Assembly: GCF_039822625.1 (NCBI RefSeq)
Contig: NZ_JBDLLG010000018.1
Location: forward strand, 1-40,000
DNA: 40,000 nucleotides
Source: Marinimicrobium locisalis
GTDB lineage: Bacteria > Pseudomonadota > Gammaproteobacteria > Pseudomonadales > Cellvibrionaceae
Direction: 5' to 3'
Shown: one piece after another, positions 20,129 to 29,000 of the stretch
How the letters are laid out: every line of letters begins with the position of its first letter
Numbering within the stretch: the stretch's first letter is position 1
The notes under the pieces: generated by a model
What the model was told of the DNA's origin: nothing
The model's input: only the letters and a program-made list of their open reading frames with translations
Databases searched by the model: none
Made by a program: the position numbers and the translations under genes

Positions 20129-23041
20129 ATGTCCGCTGATTTCCGCTCCGCGCCCCTGGCGCAACTGGCTTACGCCGACGAATTCGCCCACCGCCACATT
20201 GGTCCGGATGCCGCTGAAACCCAAGCCATGGTGGATGCCCTGGGGGTCAAGAGTCTGGACGAGCTGCTGGACAAAACCGTGCCCGAGTCCATTCGCCAGC
20301 GCGACCCCTTGGAGCTGGGCGGTCCCATGACCGAGCATCAAGCGCTGGCGGAGCTCAAGCGCATCGCCCGCAAGAACCGCCTGCTCAAAAGCTACATCGG
20401 CATGGGCTACTACAACACCTTCGTCCCGCCGGTGATTCAGCGCAACGTATTGGAAAACCCGGGCTGGTACACCGCCTACACGCCCTACCAGCCGGAAATC
20501 TCCCAGGGCCGCCTGGAGGCCTTGCTGAACTTTCAACAGATGATCATGGACCTGACCGGCATGGAACTGGCCAACGCCTCCATGCTGGACGAGGGCACCG
20601 CCGCGGCGGAGGCCATGGCCATGTGCAAGCGCCAGAACAAGAAAAACCGCTCCAACGCCTTTTTTGTGGATGAAGACACCCACCCGCAGACCCTGGCGGT
20701 CCTCAAAACCCGGGCCGAGCACTTCGGCTTTGAGGTGGTGGTCGCCCCGGCCGAGCAGCTGAATGACACTGAGTGTTTCGGTGCCCTGCTCTCCTACCCC
20801 GGCTCCACCGGCCAGGTACGTGACCTGACTGACCTGATTAGCCGGGCCCACGAGAAAAATGTGCTGGTCACCGTCGCCAGCGACCTGATGGCCATGATAC
20901 TGCTCAAATCCCCCGGCGCCATGGGCGCGGACGTGGTGATCGGCAGCAACCAGCGCTTCGGCGTGCCCATGGGCTTCGGTGGCCCACACGCGGCGTTTTT
21001 CGCCTTTCGGGATGCCTACAAGCGTTCCGCCCCCGGTCGCCTCATTGGCGTTTCCGTGGACAGCCACGGTAAGACCGCCCTGCGCATGGCCATGCAGACC
21101 CGCGAGCAGCACATCCGCCGGGAGAAGGCCAACTCCAACATCTGTACCTCACAGGTGCTCCTGGCGGTCATGAGCAGCTGCTACGCCGTCTACCACGGCC
21201 CCGAGGGCCTGCGCCGGATTGCCGAGCGCATTCACCGCCTCGCCCGCCTGCTGGGCGAAGGCCTTAAAGACAAGGGGTTCAACCTGCGCCACGAGCACTA
21301 CTTCGACACCGTGGTGGTGGAGCTGGACAGCGAGAAAAAGCAGACCGGCCTGTACCAGGCCGCTCTCACCCATGAGATCAACCTGCGCAAGGTGGGCACC
21401 ACGGCCCTGGGCATCAGCCTGGACGAAACCACCGCGCTGGAAGACGTTGACCGTCTGTTGAACGTCTTCTGTGCCGGGGACCACGCCCTGAACCTGCCCC
21501 ACCTCGATCACGAGCTAGCCGCCCACAACCGTCCGGATGCCATCCCGGAGGAGCTGGAGCGTAGAGACGAAGTGTTGACTCACCCCGTGTTCAACCGCTT
21601 CCACAGCGAAACCGAGATGCTGCGCTACCTGCGCCGCCTGGAAGGCCGGGATATCGCCCTAAACCAGTCCATGATTCCGCTCGGCTCCTGCACCATGAAG
21701 CTCAACGCCACGGCGGAAATGATTCCGGTCACCTGGCCGGAGTTCGGTCAGCTGCACCCCTTCGCCCCGCTGGACCAGGCCAAGGGCTACCAGCAGCTGT
21801 TCGAAGAGCTTGAGCAAATGCTCCAGGCCTGTACCGGCTATGACGCCATCAGCCTGCAGCCCAACGCCGGCTCCCAGGGCGAATACGCCGGCCTGGTGGC
21901 CATCAAAAAATACTTTGAAAGCAAGGGCGAAACCGAGCGCCACCTGTGCCTAATTCCCGCCTCCGCCCACGGCACCAACCCGGCTTCAGCCCAGATGGCG
22001 GGCATGAAGGTGAAAGTGGTCAATTGCGATAAAGACGGCAACGTGGACCTCGCGGACCTGAAAGCCAAAATTGACGAGCACGGCAAAGCCATCGCCGCCA
22101 TCATGATCACCTACCCCTCCACCCACGGGGTGTTCGAGGAGAGCGTCACCGAGCTGTGCGAGCTCATTCACAGCGTCGGCGCTCAGGTGTATATCGACGG
22201 TGCCAACATGAATGCGCTGGTGGGCCTGGCCGCGTTTGGTCAGTTCGGCGGCGATGTATCGCACTTGAACCTGCACAAAACCTTCTGTATTCCCCACGGC
22301 GGCGGCGGCCCGGGCATGGGCCCCATCGGCGTGGCGGAGCACCTGGCACCCTTCCTGCCCGGCCACCCGGTGCAGGGCGTACCCGAGACCGACCCGGCCA
22401 ACGGGACCATCAGCGCCGCCCCCTGGGGCTCGGCCAGCATCCTGCCGATCAGTTGGATGTATATCAAAATGATGGGCCGCGAGGGCATGCGCCAGGCCAC
22501 CGAATACGCCATCCTGAACGCCAACTACGTGGCCAAGCAGCTAAGCGGCCACTACCCGATTCTGTACAAAGGCAAAAACGACACCATCGCCCACGAATGC
22601 CTGCTGGACCTGCGCCCGCTGAAGGACGCCACCGGCATCACCGAAGAAGACATCGCCAAACGCCTGATGGACTTCGGCTTCCACGCCCCCACCATGTCCT
22701 TCCCGGTGCCGGGCACACTGATGATCGAGCCCACCGAATCCGAGTCCAAAGAAGAACTGGACCGCTTCGTGGAAGCAATGATCACCATCCGCAAGGAAAT
22801 CGCCCACATCGAAAGCGGCGAATACGAACTCACCCAAAGCCCGCTGCGCAATGCGCCGCATACGCAGGACGACATGATGGATGAAGGTTGGGATCGTGCT
22901 TACAGCCGCGACACCGCGTCACGACCGGCGGCGTGGTTGAAGGAGCACAAGGTATGGCCGACCGTGAATCGGATTGATAATGTTCATGGGGACCGGAATT
23001 TGATTTGTTCTTGTCCGAGTATGGAAGAGTATAAAAGTTAA
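20129..23041 (+). CDS. gcvP: Glycine dehydrogenase (decarboxylating), single-chain P-protein of the glycine cleavage system
   Basis: 970 aa. N-terminal FAHRHIGP, then [30 protein letters not shown]-lysine region [18 protein letters not shown]. Confidence 0.95.
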   Translation: MSADFRSAPLAQLAYADEFAHRHIGPDAAETQAMVDALGVKSLDELLDKTVPESIRQRDPLELGGPMTEHQALAELKRIARKNRLLKSYIGMGYYNTFVPPVIQRNVLENPGWYTAYTPYQPEISQGRLEALLNFQQMIMDLTGMELANASMLDEGTAAAEAMAMCKRQNKKNRSNAFFVDEDTHPQTLAVLKTRAEHFGFEVVVAPAEQLNDTECFGALLSYPGSTGQVRDLTDLISRAHEKNVLVTVASDLMAMILLKSPGAMGADVVIGSNQRFGVPMGFGGPHAAFFAFRDAYKRSAPGRLIGVSVDSHGKTALRMAMQTREQHIRREKANSNICTSQVLLAVMSSCYAVYHGPEGLRRIAERIHRLARLLGEGLKDKGFNLRHEHYFDTVVVELDSEKKQTGLYQAALTHEINLRKVGTTALGISLDETTALEDVDRLLNVFCAGDHALNLPHLDHELAAHNRPDAIPEELERRDEVLTHPVFNRFHSETEMLRYLRRLEGRDIALNQSMIPLGSCTMKLNATAEMIPVTWPEFGQLHPFAPLDQAKGYQQLFEELEQMLQACTGYDAISLQPNAGSQGEYAGLVAIKKYFESKGETERHLCLIPASAHGTNPASAQMAGMKVKVVNCDKDGNVDLADLKAKIDEHGKAIAAIMITYPSTHGVFEESVTELCELIHSVGAQVYIDGANMNALVGLAAFGQFGGDVSHLNLHKTFCIPHGGGGPGMGPIGVAEHLAPFLPGHPVQGVPETDPANGTISAAPWGSASILPISWMYIKMMGREGMRQATEYAILNANYVAKQLSGHYPILYKGKNDTIAHECLLDLRPLKDATGITEEDIAKRLMDFGFHAPTMSFPVPGTLMIEPTESESKEELDRFVEAMITIRKEIAHIESGEYELTQSPLRNAPHTQDDMMDEGWDRAYSRDTASRPAAWLKEHKVWPTVNRIDNVHGDRNLICSCPSMEEYKS

Positions 23042-23051
23042 GCCGAAAAAA

Positions 23052-23117
23052 TGTCGATGGACAATAAAAGTTTGAGACTCAACAATAAGGTTTGAGGCTA
23101 TAATGAAGTTTGACCCA
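23052..23117 (+). mobile_element. Tn7-like transposon end remnant: terminal TGT plus three tandem ~20-bp subterminal repeats
   Basis: TGTCGATG-GACAATAAAAGTTTGAGACT-CAACAATAAGGTTTGAGGCT-ATAATGAAGTTTGACCC. GTTTGA cores lie at 23070, 23090 and 23108. The layout and sequence resemble the Tn7 right end as I recall it (TGTGGGCGGACAATAAAGTCTTAAACT...). It begins 10 nt after the gcvP stop. No tns genes follow. Confidence 0.4.
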
Positions 23118-23119
23118 TA

Positions 23120-23236
23120 GTACAGGGTCCCTTCGGTTATGCCTTCCTCGGCCGAGGCCGAGACGACGGTTCGGTTGATCGGAGGGAGCAGCTTGCTCAG
23201 CACGGCCGCTTTGCGCTCTTCGGAATAGCGTGGCAT
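23120..23236 (-). pseudogene. N-terminal 39-codon fragment of an HTH_Tnp_1-type (IS3-like orfA) transposase
   Basis: MPRYSEERKAAVLSKLLPPINRTVVSASAEEGITEGTLY matches the N-terminus of IS orfA-type transposases, where ...TLYNWR is expected. The similarity stops abruptly at 23120, 2-3 bp from the Tn7-like repeats. Confidence 0.6.
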
Positions 23237-23497
23237 GTTTGCTCTCATACCGCCCACTCTGGATTGGGTTTAGGCGAAACCGCCAACTGGACAACTAGGC
23301 TGACAGAGTGGGTTACCAGGGCAGCGGCAAGTGGAGAAACTCCACCCCGCCAGCGAGCGACAAGTGATGAAGGTGATTGATACCTATTTGGAGGCGGCTC
23401 AACCGAAGAAACAGGCCTAATCCATAAAGAGCGCAGGCCCAGGGTGCGGACACACCCAGGGCCTGCTAACCACAGCAACCTGCACCGGAGGTTACCA

Positions 23498-25349
23498 GTC
23501 GAGTAGGCCGAGGGAACTGCCCCCTCAGCCTCTCTCAGAACCGTACGTGAGCCTCTCGACTCATACGGCTCTTCGTATTCAGCACATTTGACATTTTCCA
23601 GTGTGCAAACAGATATCTCGACTGCGTTCGCAGCTTGTCGATAAAAGTCCAACTCTTTCGGCAACTTCGTCTCAGTCGTTTGTACTTCTTTCTGGCCCAA
23701 CGCATTAGCGTTTGGTCCAGGTACTTCCTGAGCCGATACACACCGTCTGCTAGTCCGAAATGGCCATAATAATTCAGCCATCCTGTCACCACAGGATTGA
23801 GCTTCGCCGCCAATTCTACCGGCGTCCTGCCGCTCCAGTTGATCACATCCCACTGCCTTACTCGTTCTTTGATCCGCTTGAAGGCTTTCGCGCTCATTGA
23901 CGGACTAAAGTTCGTGTAGTTCTGCCCCTTGCGGTTCCTGGCTGAGCGTGGCCTGAAAGTGTACCCCAGAAAATCGAAGGTGATCACCGCGAACGGCCCC
24001 CTCCGGTTGCTATCCTTGCAGTACACTTTCCTTGTCTTGTCTGGATGAGCCTCTAGACCACAAACCATCAAACGCTCCTTGATCGCGGACAGCAGCCGAT
24101 CCGCCTCCCAAGGCGTCCGGCAGTGATACACCACATCATCCGCGTACCTTTCAAAGGGTATCTTAGGATATTCCCTGACCATCCACGCATCCAATGCATA
24201 GTGCAAAAACAAGTTGGCTAATAGCGGACTGATCACACCACCTTGGGGCGTGCCACGATGTCGACTTGCTTGCCGACCGTCGGCGTACTCCACCGGCGCC
24301 GTTAACCAGCGCTCAACATATAATCGTACCCAGGGGTGCGAGTTATGCTTGTCCAGCGCTTTTAACAGCAGGGCATGGTCTATGTTGTCGAAGAATCCCC
24401 GAATGTCTACATCAACAACCCAGTCTACCCACCAACAACGCTGCTGCGCCTGGCGCACGGCGTCTATTGCGGATTTACCCGGGCGATAGCCATAGGAATC
24501 CGGGTGGAATACCCTCTCCAACTCCGGCTCCAGCTCTTGTTTAACCACCATTTGGGCAATACGGTCTTCCACGGTGGGTATTCCCAGCGGACGTAAACTG
24601 CCATCCGCCTTTGGAATCTCCACGCGTTTAACCGCCGCCGGAAAATAGCTGCCTGACGATAGCCGGTTCCACAGTTTGTACAGGTTATTACCCACATCCG
24701 CTTCGAACTGCTCAATCGAGACACCGTCAATGCCTGCACATCCCCCATTGGTTTTGATGCGCTTCCACGCCTCCCAAACCACACGCTTGGGTATGTCAAA
24801 TGGCTTTGTGCTAATCGCTAATTCCTCCCCTTGCGGGTTGATTGAACGCTTATCACTGAATACGACAACCCCTTCGCTCCACCGCCATTACAGAGGCTTC
24901 ATCACTACTACGGGTTGTTCCGCCCCTGTGCCGGATATTGGTACTCAACTTCTTGTAGGTTCTCTACTTGAAGGGCTCCCTTAACACCCCGGCGACAGGT
25001 TCTCCTGTTCCATCCAAAAGCCTGCTGTGTGTTCACGCCGCCTTTATGCCGGATGCCGCCCAGTCGGTAAAACAGGTTTCCTCCGAGCTTATCCCCGTGT
25101 TTAGCCAGCCACGGGTTTTGACATCGTCTTACTCGCTTTCGACACCTCATCGACGGTTCACTTGCGTTCGTCTCCACACAACTTACCTGACGTATCGGGT
25201 ACGCCTTTTCCTCAAACGCTTCCGACCAAAGCTCTTAACTTCAGCCACTTTGAGGCGGTTTGCCATCACTTCCTGTAAAGCGATGGCGGAGGGCCTACCT
25301 CCATCTCCTGGATAGCATGGCTTGATTCGATCAAGCCTTCAGGACGCAC
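23498..25349 (-). mobile_element. Complete bacterial group II intron (about 1.85 kb) with intron-encoded RT/maturase
   Basis: On the minus strand the 5' end is GTGCG at 25349. Domain V is GAGCCGTATGAGTCGAGAGGCTCACGTACGGTTC at 23571-23538. Domain VI is GAGAGGCTGAGGG-GGCAGTT-CCCTCGGCCT(A)CTC with the bulged A at 23504, and the 3' end ...CGAC is at 23498. A hairpin loop GCTGGCTAAA (25109-25100) contains TGGCT, which is complementary to the last 5 exon nt AGCCA (candidate EBS1/IBS1). Confidence 0.85.
23535..24782 (-). CDS. Group II intron reverse transcriptase/maturase (no recognisable HNH endonuclease domain)
   Basis: VWEAWKRIKTNGGCAGIDGVSIEQF, RPLGIPTVEDRIAQ, the RT motif 5 YADDVV and a maturase X-like C-terminus (GWLNYYGHF). 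The conserved KPFDIPKR lies upstream of the listed GTG, so the true start is probably a non-canonical codon further 5'. The last codons and the stop overlap domain V. Confidence 0.9.
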   Translation of the reverse strand: MVWEAWKRIKTNGGCAGIDGVSIEQFEADVGNNLYKLWNRLSSGSYFPAAVKRVEIPKADGSLRPLGIPTVEDRIAQMVVKQELEPELERVFHPDSYGYRPGKSAIDAVRQAQQRCWWVDWVVDVDIRGFFDNIDHALLLKALDKHNSHPWVRLYVERWLTAPVEYADGRQASRHRGTPQGGVISPLLANLFLHYALDAWMVREYPKIPFERYADDVVYHCRTPWEADRLLSAIKERLMVCGLEAHPDKTRKVYCKDSNRRGPFAVITFDFLGYTFRPRSARNRKGQNYTNFSPSMSAKAFKRIKERVRQWDVINWSGRTPVELAAKLNPVVTGWLNYYGHFGLADGVYRLRKYLDQTLMRWARKKYKRLRRSCRKSWTFIDKLRTQSRYLFAHWKMSNVLNTKSRMSREAHVRF

Positions 25350-25405
25350 TGGCTGACGCCAAGTCTACGCAAGCGGCGCCGGTGTGTCATACCCGGCGCA
25401 TCAAG

Positions 25406-25582
25406 ATGGGACAGATGATGTACGACTACCGGCGCAAGGACCGATCCCAGGCCCGGGTGCCCTGGTTGCAACTCAGAGGCCATTGGCTCGAACAGGCCGG
25501 GTTTGCCATTGATACGCCGGTCAGTGTTCGGGTGATGGACGGCTGTCTGGTGTTGATCGCTGCTGGTGACAAGGTGGATTAA
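25406..25582 (+). CDS. SymE-family (AbrB-fold) type I toxin-like protein
   Basis: ...RVPWLQLRGHWLEQAGFAIDTPVSVRVMDGCLVLIA matches the SymE_toxin pattern (P.L.L.G.WL..AGF..G..V.V....G.LVI). The start is ambiguous: ATGs at 25406, 25415 and 25418, and the track ORF starts at 25322. Confidence 0.7.
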   Translation: MGQMMYDYRRKDRSQARVPWLQLRGHWLEQAGFAIDTPVSVRVMDGCLVLIAAGDKVD

Positions 25583-25590
25583 AGGCAAAA

Positions 25591-25616
25591 AGCCCAGCCG
25601 GGTTTCTGGCTGGGCT
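25591..25616. terminator. Shared hairpin terminator between the convergent symE-like and immunity genes
   Basis: aaaAGCCCAGCC-gggtttc-tGGCTGGGCTttaaa. The stem is strong but the U-tracts are short. Confidence 0.55.
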
Positions 25617-25629
25617 TTAAATCATTACG

Positions 25630-26055
25630 TTACCTTTTTCGCAGCCATCTAATTTGTGTATAAACCTTTGTAATTTCGACAGCAATAACAGCACTTAAAA
25701 GAACTATATATAGCGCCGGAACAAACTGCTTTAGCGACATAACAAAAAATGCACTTGGGGGAATGATTAGAAAAAACCTGAAAGGCGCCTGCGCTAGAGA
25801 TAAATACACGCCCGATTTCATTCTAACCAGCATAAGTATCGCCGATACGATCACTGAAGCCTTCATCAGATGTCCAACAACCGTCAGGGTAGCGGGATAA
25901 GCTGCTCCAAAAGACTTAGCAGCATCCAAGTCGGAAACAAAATTCGTGTAATATGGAACATTGCCGTGATAGATAGCGAGTCCAATCATCCACACCACGT
26001 ACGCTAAATCGAGCGCACCCCAAAATATTATTGTTCGATCTAAATTAAGCTTCAT
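25630..26055 (-). CDS. Putative Rhs immunity protein, 4-TM inner-membrane protein (141 aa)
   Basis: The ATG at 26055 overlaps the Rhs stop (ATGA), indicating translational coupling. Four hydrophobic helices are visible (IIFWGALDLAYVVWMIGLAIY, LTVVGHLMKASVIVSAILMLV, FRFFLIIPPSAFFVM, ALYIVLLSAVIAVEI). The gene is AT-rich relative to the rhs core. The track ORF start (26124) lies inside rhs and is unlikely. Confidence 0.6.
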   Translation of the reverse strand: MKLNLDRTIIFWGALDLAYVVWMIGLAIYHGNVPYYTNFVSDLDAAKSFGAAYPATLTVVGHLMKASVIVSAILMLVRMKSGVYLSLAQAPFRFFLIIPPSAFFVMSLKQFVPALYIVLLSAVIAVEITKVYTQIRWLRKR

Positions 26056-29000
26056 GGCAGAACATCCCAGGTTGGAGACGGAACTGGTGGTGCCCAGTGC
26101 CAAGAGTTTCCTTCTACTGCCCATGGGTCAGGATGATCCCCAAATGTCTGTTCAATTGTTCGAGTATCTCCCTCCATAGGATCATCTGGCATACAATAAT
26201 CTCTCTGATTTTGCGGATCATTCGGGTGATCAACCCAAGTTTGGGTCACATCCCTTGTAGCCCCCTCGAAATTATATGCATTCATGACAGTGCCTTCATC
26301 AAGGTTGGAAAGCCTGTCGACAATGCCAATAGCCCAATTTTTGACTCCGTGATGATCTACACCTGTAGTCACCCAAACAAGTCCCAATGGATCTACATAT
26401 TTCAGAGGATTTCCACTCACGTAAGCGTAAGTATTGAGCCCTCCTCGCAGACCTATAGGATCACTCTGAAGATACCTCCCGGTGGTCGGATCGTAATCCC
26501 TGAAGTAGTTGTAATGCAGCCCCGTTTCACTGTCGAAGTACTGGCCCGGAAACCGAATTTTGTTGGTAACTTGCGCGACTTCCACGCTGGCTTTTCCAAA
26601 CGGCGTGTACACGGCCTTCCACACCACGGTCTGCTGCGCATCGGTCAACAGCTGTGGGGTCCCCAGATGATCATTGTGATAGTAGTACACTCGATTTCCG
26701 CTGACCATCGACAGTGGAGCGCCTTCCAGGTAGACGTATTCCCGTATCGCATTGCCCGCGCTGTCGTATTCGCCGATCAACTGACCCTGCTCATTGTAGA
26801 GGTAGTGGATGACGGTGCCATCCGGGAGGGCCTTGATGACACGCTGGCCCAGGGCGTTATGGGTGTAGTCCGCCACCGTGGTACCGGACTGTGAGGCTTG
26901 TACCATCCGGTTGGCGGCGGAGTACTCAAACTGATAAGTGCCGTTGTTGATGGTATTGCCGACCGCGTCGTATTGGTAATTCTGGGTGCCTTTCAATAGG
27001 AGGTGGTGGCTGTCGGTGGCGTACTGGTAGTTTTCAGCGACACCGTCGGTGGTCTTGTCGGTGCGATTGCCGACCGGGTCGTAACTGAATTGAAGGTCGT
27101 AGTCGGAATTGATTGCTTCCACCAGACGGTTGATCGGATCATAGGCATAGTCGACGGCATTGCCTGTATTGGTCGGGTCTTCAATGCGGGTGATGTTGTT
27201 GACGGCATCGTACTCGTAGAGCCGGCGGCGCAAGGGGTCGCTGTCGCCCAGCTCGATGCCGGTCAGGCGGTAGTCGAGGTCATGGGTGCGGACCTCCTGC
27301 AGGCCATTGCCGTAAGTCACTTGGGACAGGGGGCCGAACGGCAGGTAGTCAATCGAATCCGCCAGCACCTGATCACTGCTTTGGCCGTTAAGCCGGGTGT
27401 GCAGAGCGCTCACCCGACCTTGAGTATCGCGGGTCAGGGACAGCTGCTGCCCAGAGGGGTAGGTGACGCCCGTCAGCTGGCCCGCTCTGTCATACTGGTA
27501 CTCGACAGTCAGCGCGTGGCCGTTGAGTTCGGTTTCCTTGCGGGTCACGTTGCCCAGGTGATCGTAAAAGTAACGGGTGGTACCAGACGGGTCTTCGACT
27601 CGAGTCAGCCGACCGATGCCGTTGCGGCCTGGGTCCTCGCTGTCATAGTGGTAGCTGACATTCTCCCCGGGGAAGTCCGGGTAACGCACGGCGGTCAGGC
27701 GATTGAGGGCATCGTAGTCGTATTCGGTACGCACGCCACGGGCGTCCTGGCGGGAGATGCGATTGCCCGCGCTGTCGTACTCAAAGGTGGTTAGGCCGGT
27801 GTCGGGGCTGGTCACTTCCACCAGATTGCCCAGGCCGTCGTAGCGGTAGTGGGTGGTGAGGCCCTCGGGGTCGGTGACGGAACTGATCTGGTCTCGGCTG
27901 TTGTAGGTGTAGTGAGTCTCGCCCAGCGCGGGGTCGATCACTTCGCTCACCCGGTCCAGGGCGTCGTATGCCCGCTGGGTTTCATTGCTGCGTTCATCCA
28001 GAGTGCTGACCCGGTTGCTGTTCACGTCATAGCCATATCGGCGCACGCCGCCATCGGCTGACGTCTGTTCCAGCAAGCGTCCAAGTTCGTCAAAGACCTG
28101 GGTGTGACGCTTGACCAGCTGACCACCCACGTCGTGGATGCGCTCGGTGGTCACGTTGCCCATGGCATCGTGTTGGAACTCGACGCGCTCGCCGTCCGTC
28201 GCCTCGATGGCGGTCAGGCGATGGGCGGCATCGTATTCGTAGCTCAGGTGGGTGCCGTCCGGTAGGGTCAGGCGGGTGAGCTGGCCGACCCTATCCCGCT
28301 CGAAGGACGCGACCGCCCCTCCGGTCTGCTGACGGATGAGTCTGCCTCGGGCATCGTAGTCCAGCTCGGTGACAACGCCATTGGGATCGACCAGACGCAC
28401 GGGACGGCCAGCTGCATCATGGTTCGTGATCTCAGTCGTTTGATATAGGGCGTTGATGACGCGCACTCGGTTACCCTGGCCGTCGTACTCAAATCGGGTG
28501 CGATCAGGTACGTCGGTGCGCGGGCCGTCAATGTCGGTAACCTGCCCGTATGAGTTATGGCTGTACCCAGTGACCTGGCTAGCGCCCGTGGCCCTATCGA
28601 CGACACGAATCTCGCTACGATTGCCAGCGGAATCATAACTCAAATGGCGGCTCTGAGCTGTATCGTGAATAGCCGTGGGACGGCGAAATTCTGGGTGCCA
28701 CTCGATAGCGCTGCTGCGTTCGTCTACCGTCTCAAATGCTTCCACGCGTCGCAGCTCCAATCCTCGCTCGTCATGAGTATAAAGGCTAGCCACGCCACTA
28801 TAGTCGACTTTCTTGGCAAGATGGCCATTGGCATCATATGAAAAAAGAGCATCCTCTGGAGCGCAATTCTCACAAGCACGCCGTTCAATGCGGGTTACCC
28901 TGCCCCGCCCATCGAATAGGTCGTGCTCATAGAGCAGTGTGGTGTCGCGCTCTGCGTCTACTTGGTAAGTGACCTCAGTTTGGTGATCCCCCAGATAGCG

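Noticed and set aside
19793-21112. 439-aa minus-strand ORF
   Set aside because: It is antisense to gcvP and to the upstream terminator. The His/Gly/Ala/Val-rich junk composition is not coding-like.
23330-23422. Short plus-strand frame ...VEKLHPASERQVMKVIDTYLEAAQPKKQA* that looks protein-like
   Set aside because: It is only ~30 codons after an in-frame stop, with no RBS. It may be a remnant C-terminus of a destroyed gene, but I cannot assign it.
23245-23853. 202-aa minus-strand ORF and other small ORFs across 23.2-25.3 kb
   Set aside because: They overlap the intron ribozyme domains, the RT gene in another frame, or the 3' exon. The group II intron explains them better.
26097-27794. 265-aa and 263-aa plus-strand ORFs inside rhs
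   Set aside because: They are antisense to the YD-repeat region. The repetitive V/G/D-rich translations mirror the repeats.
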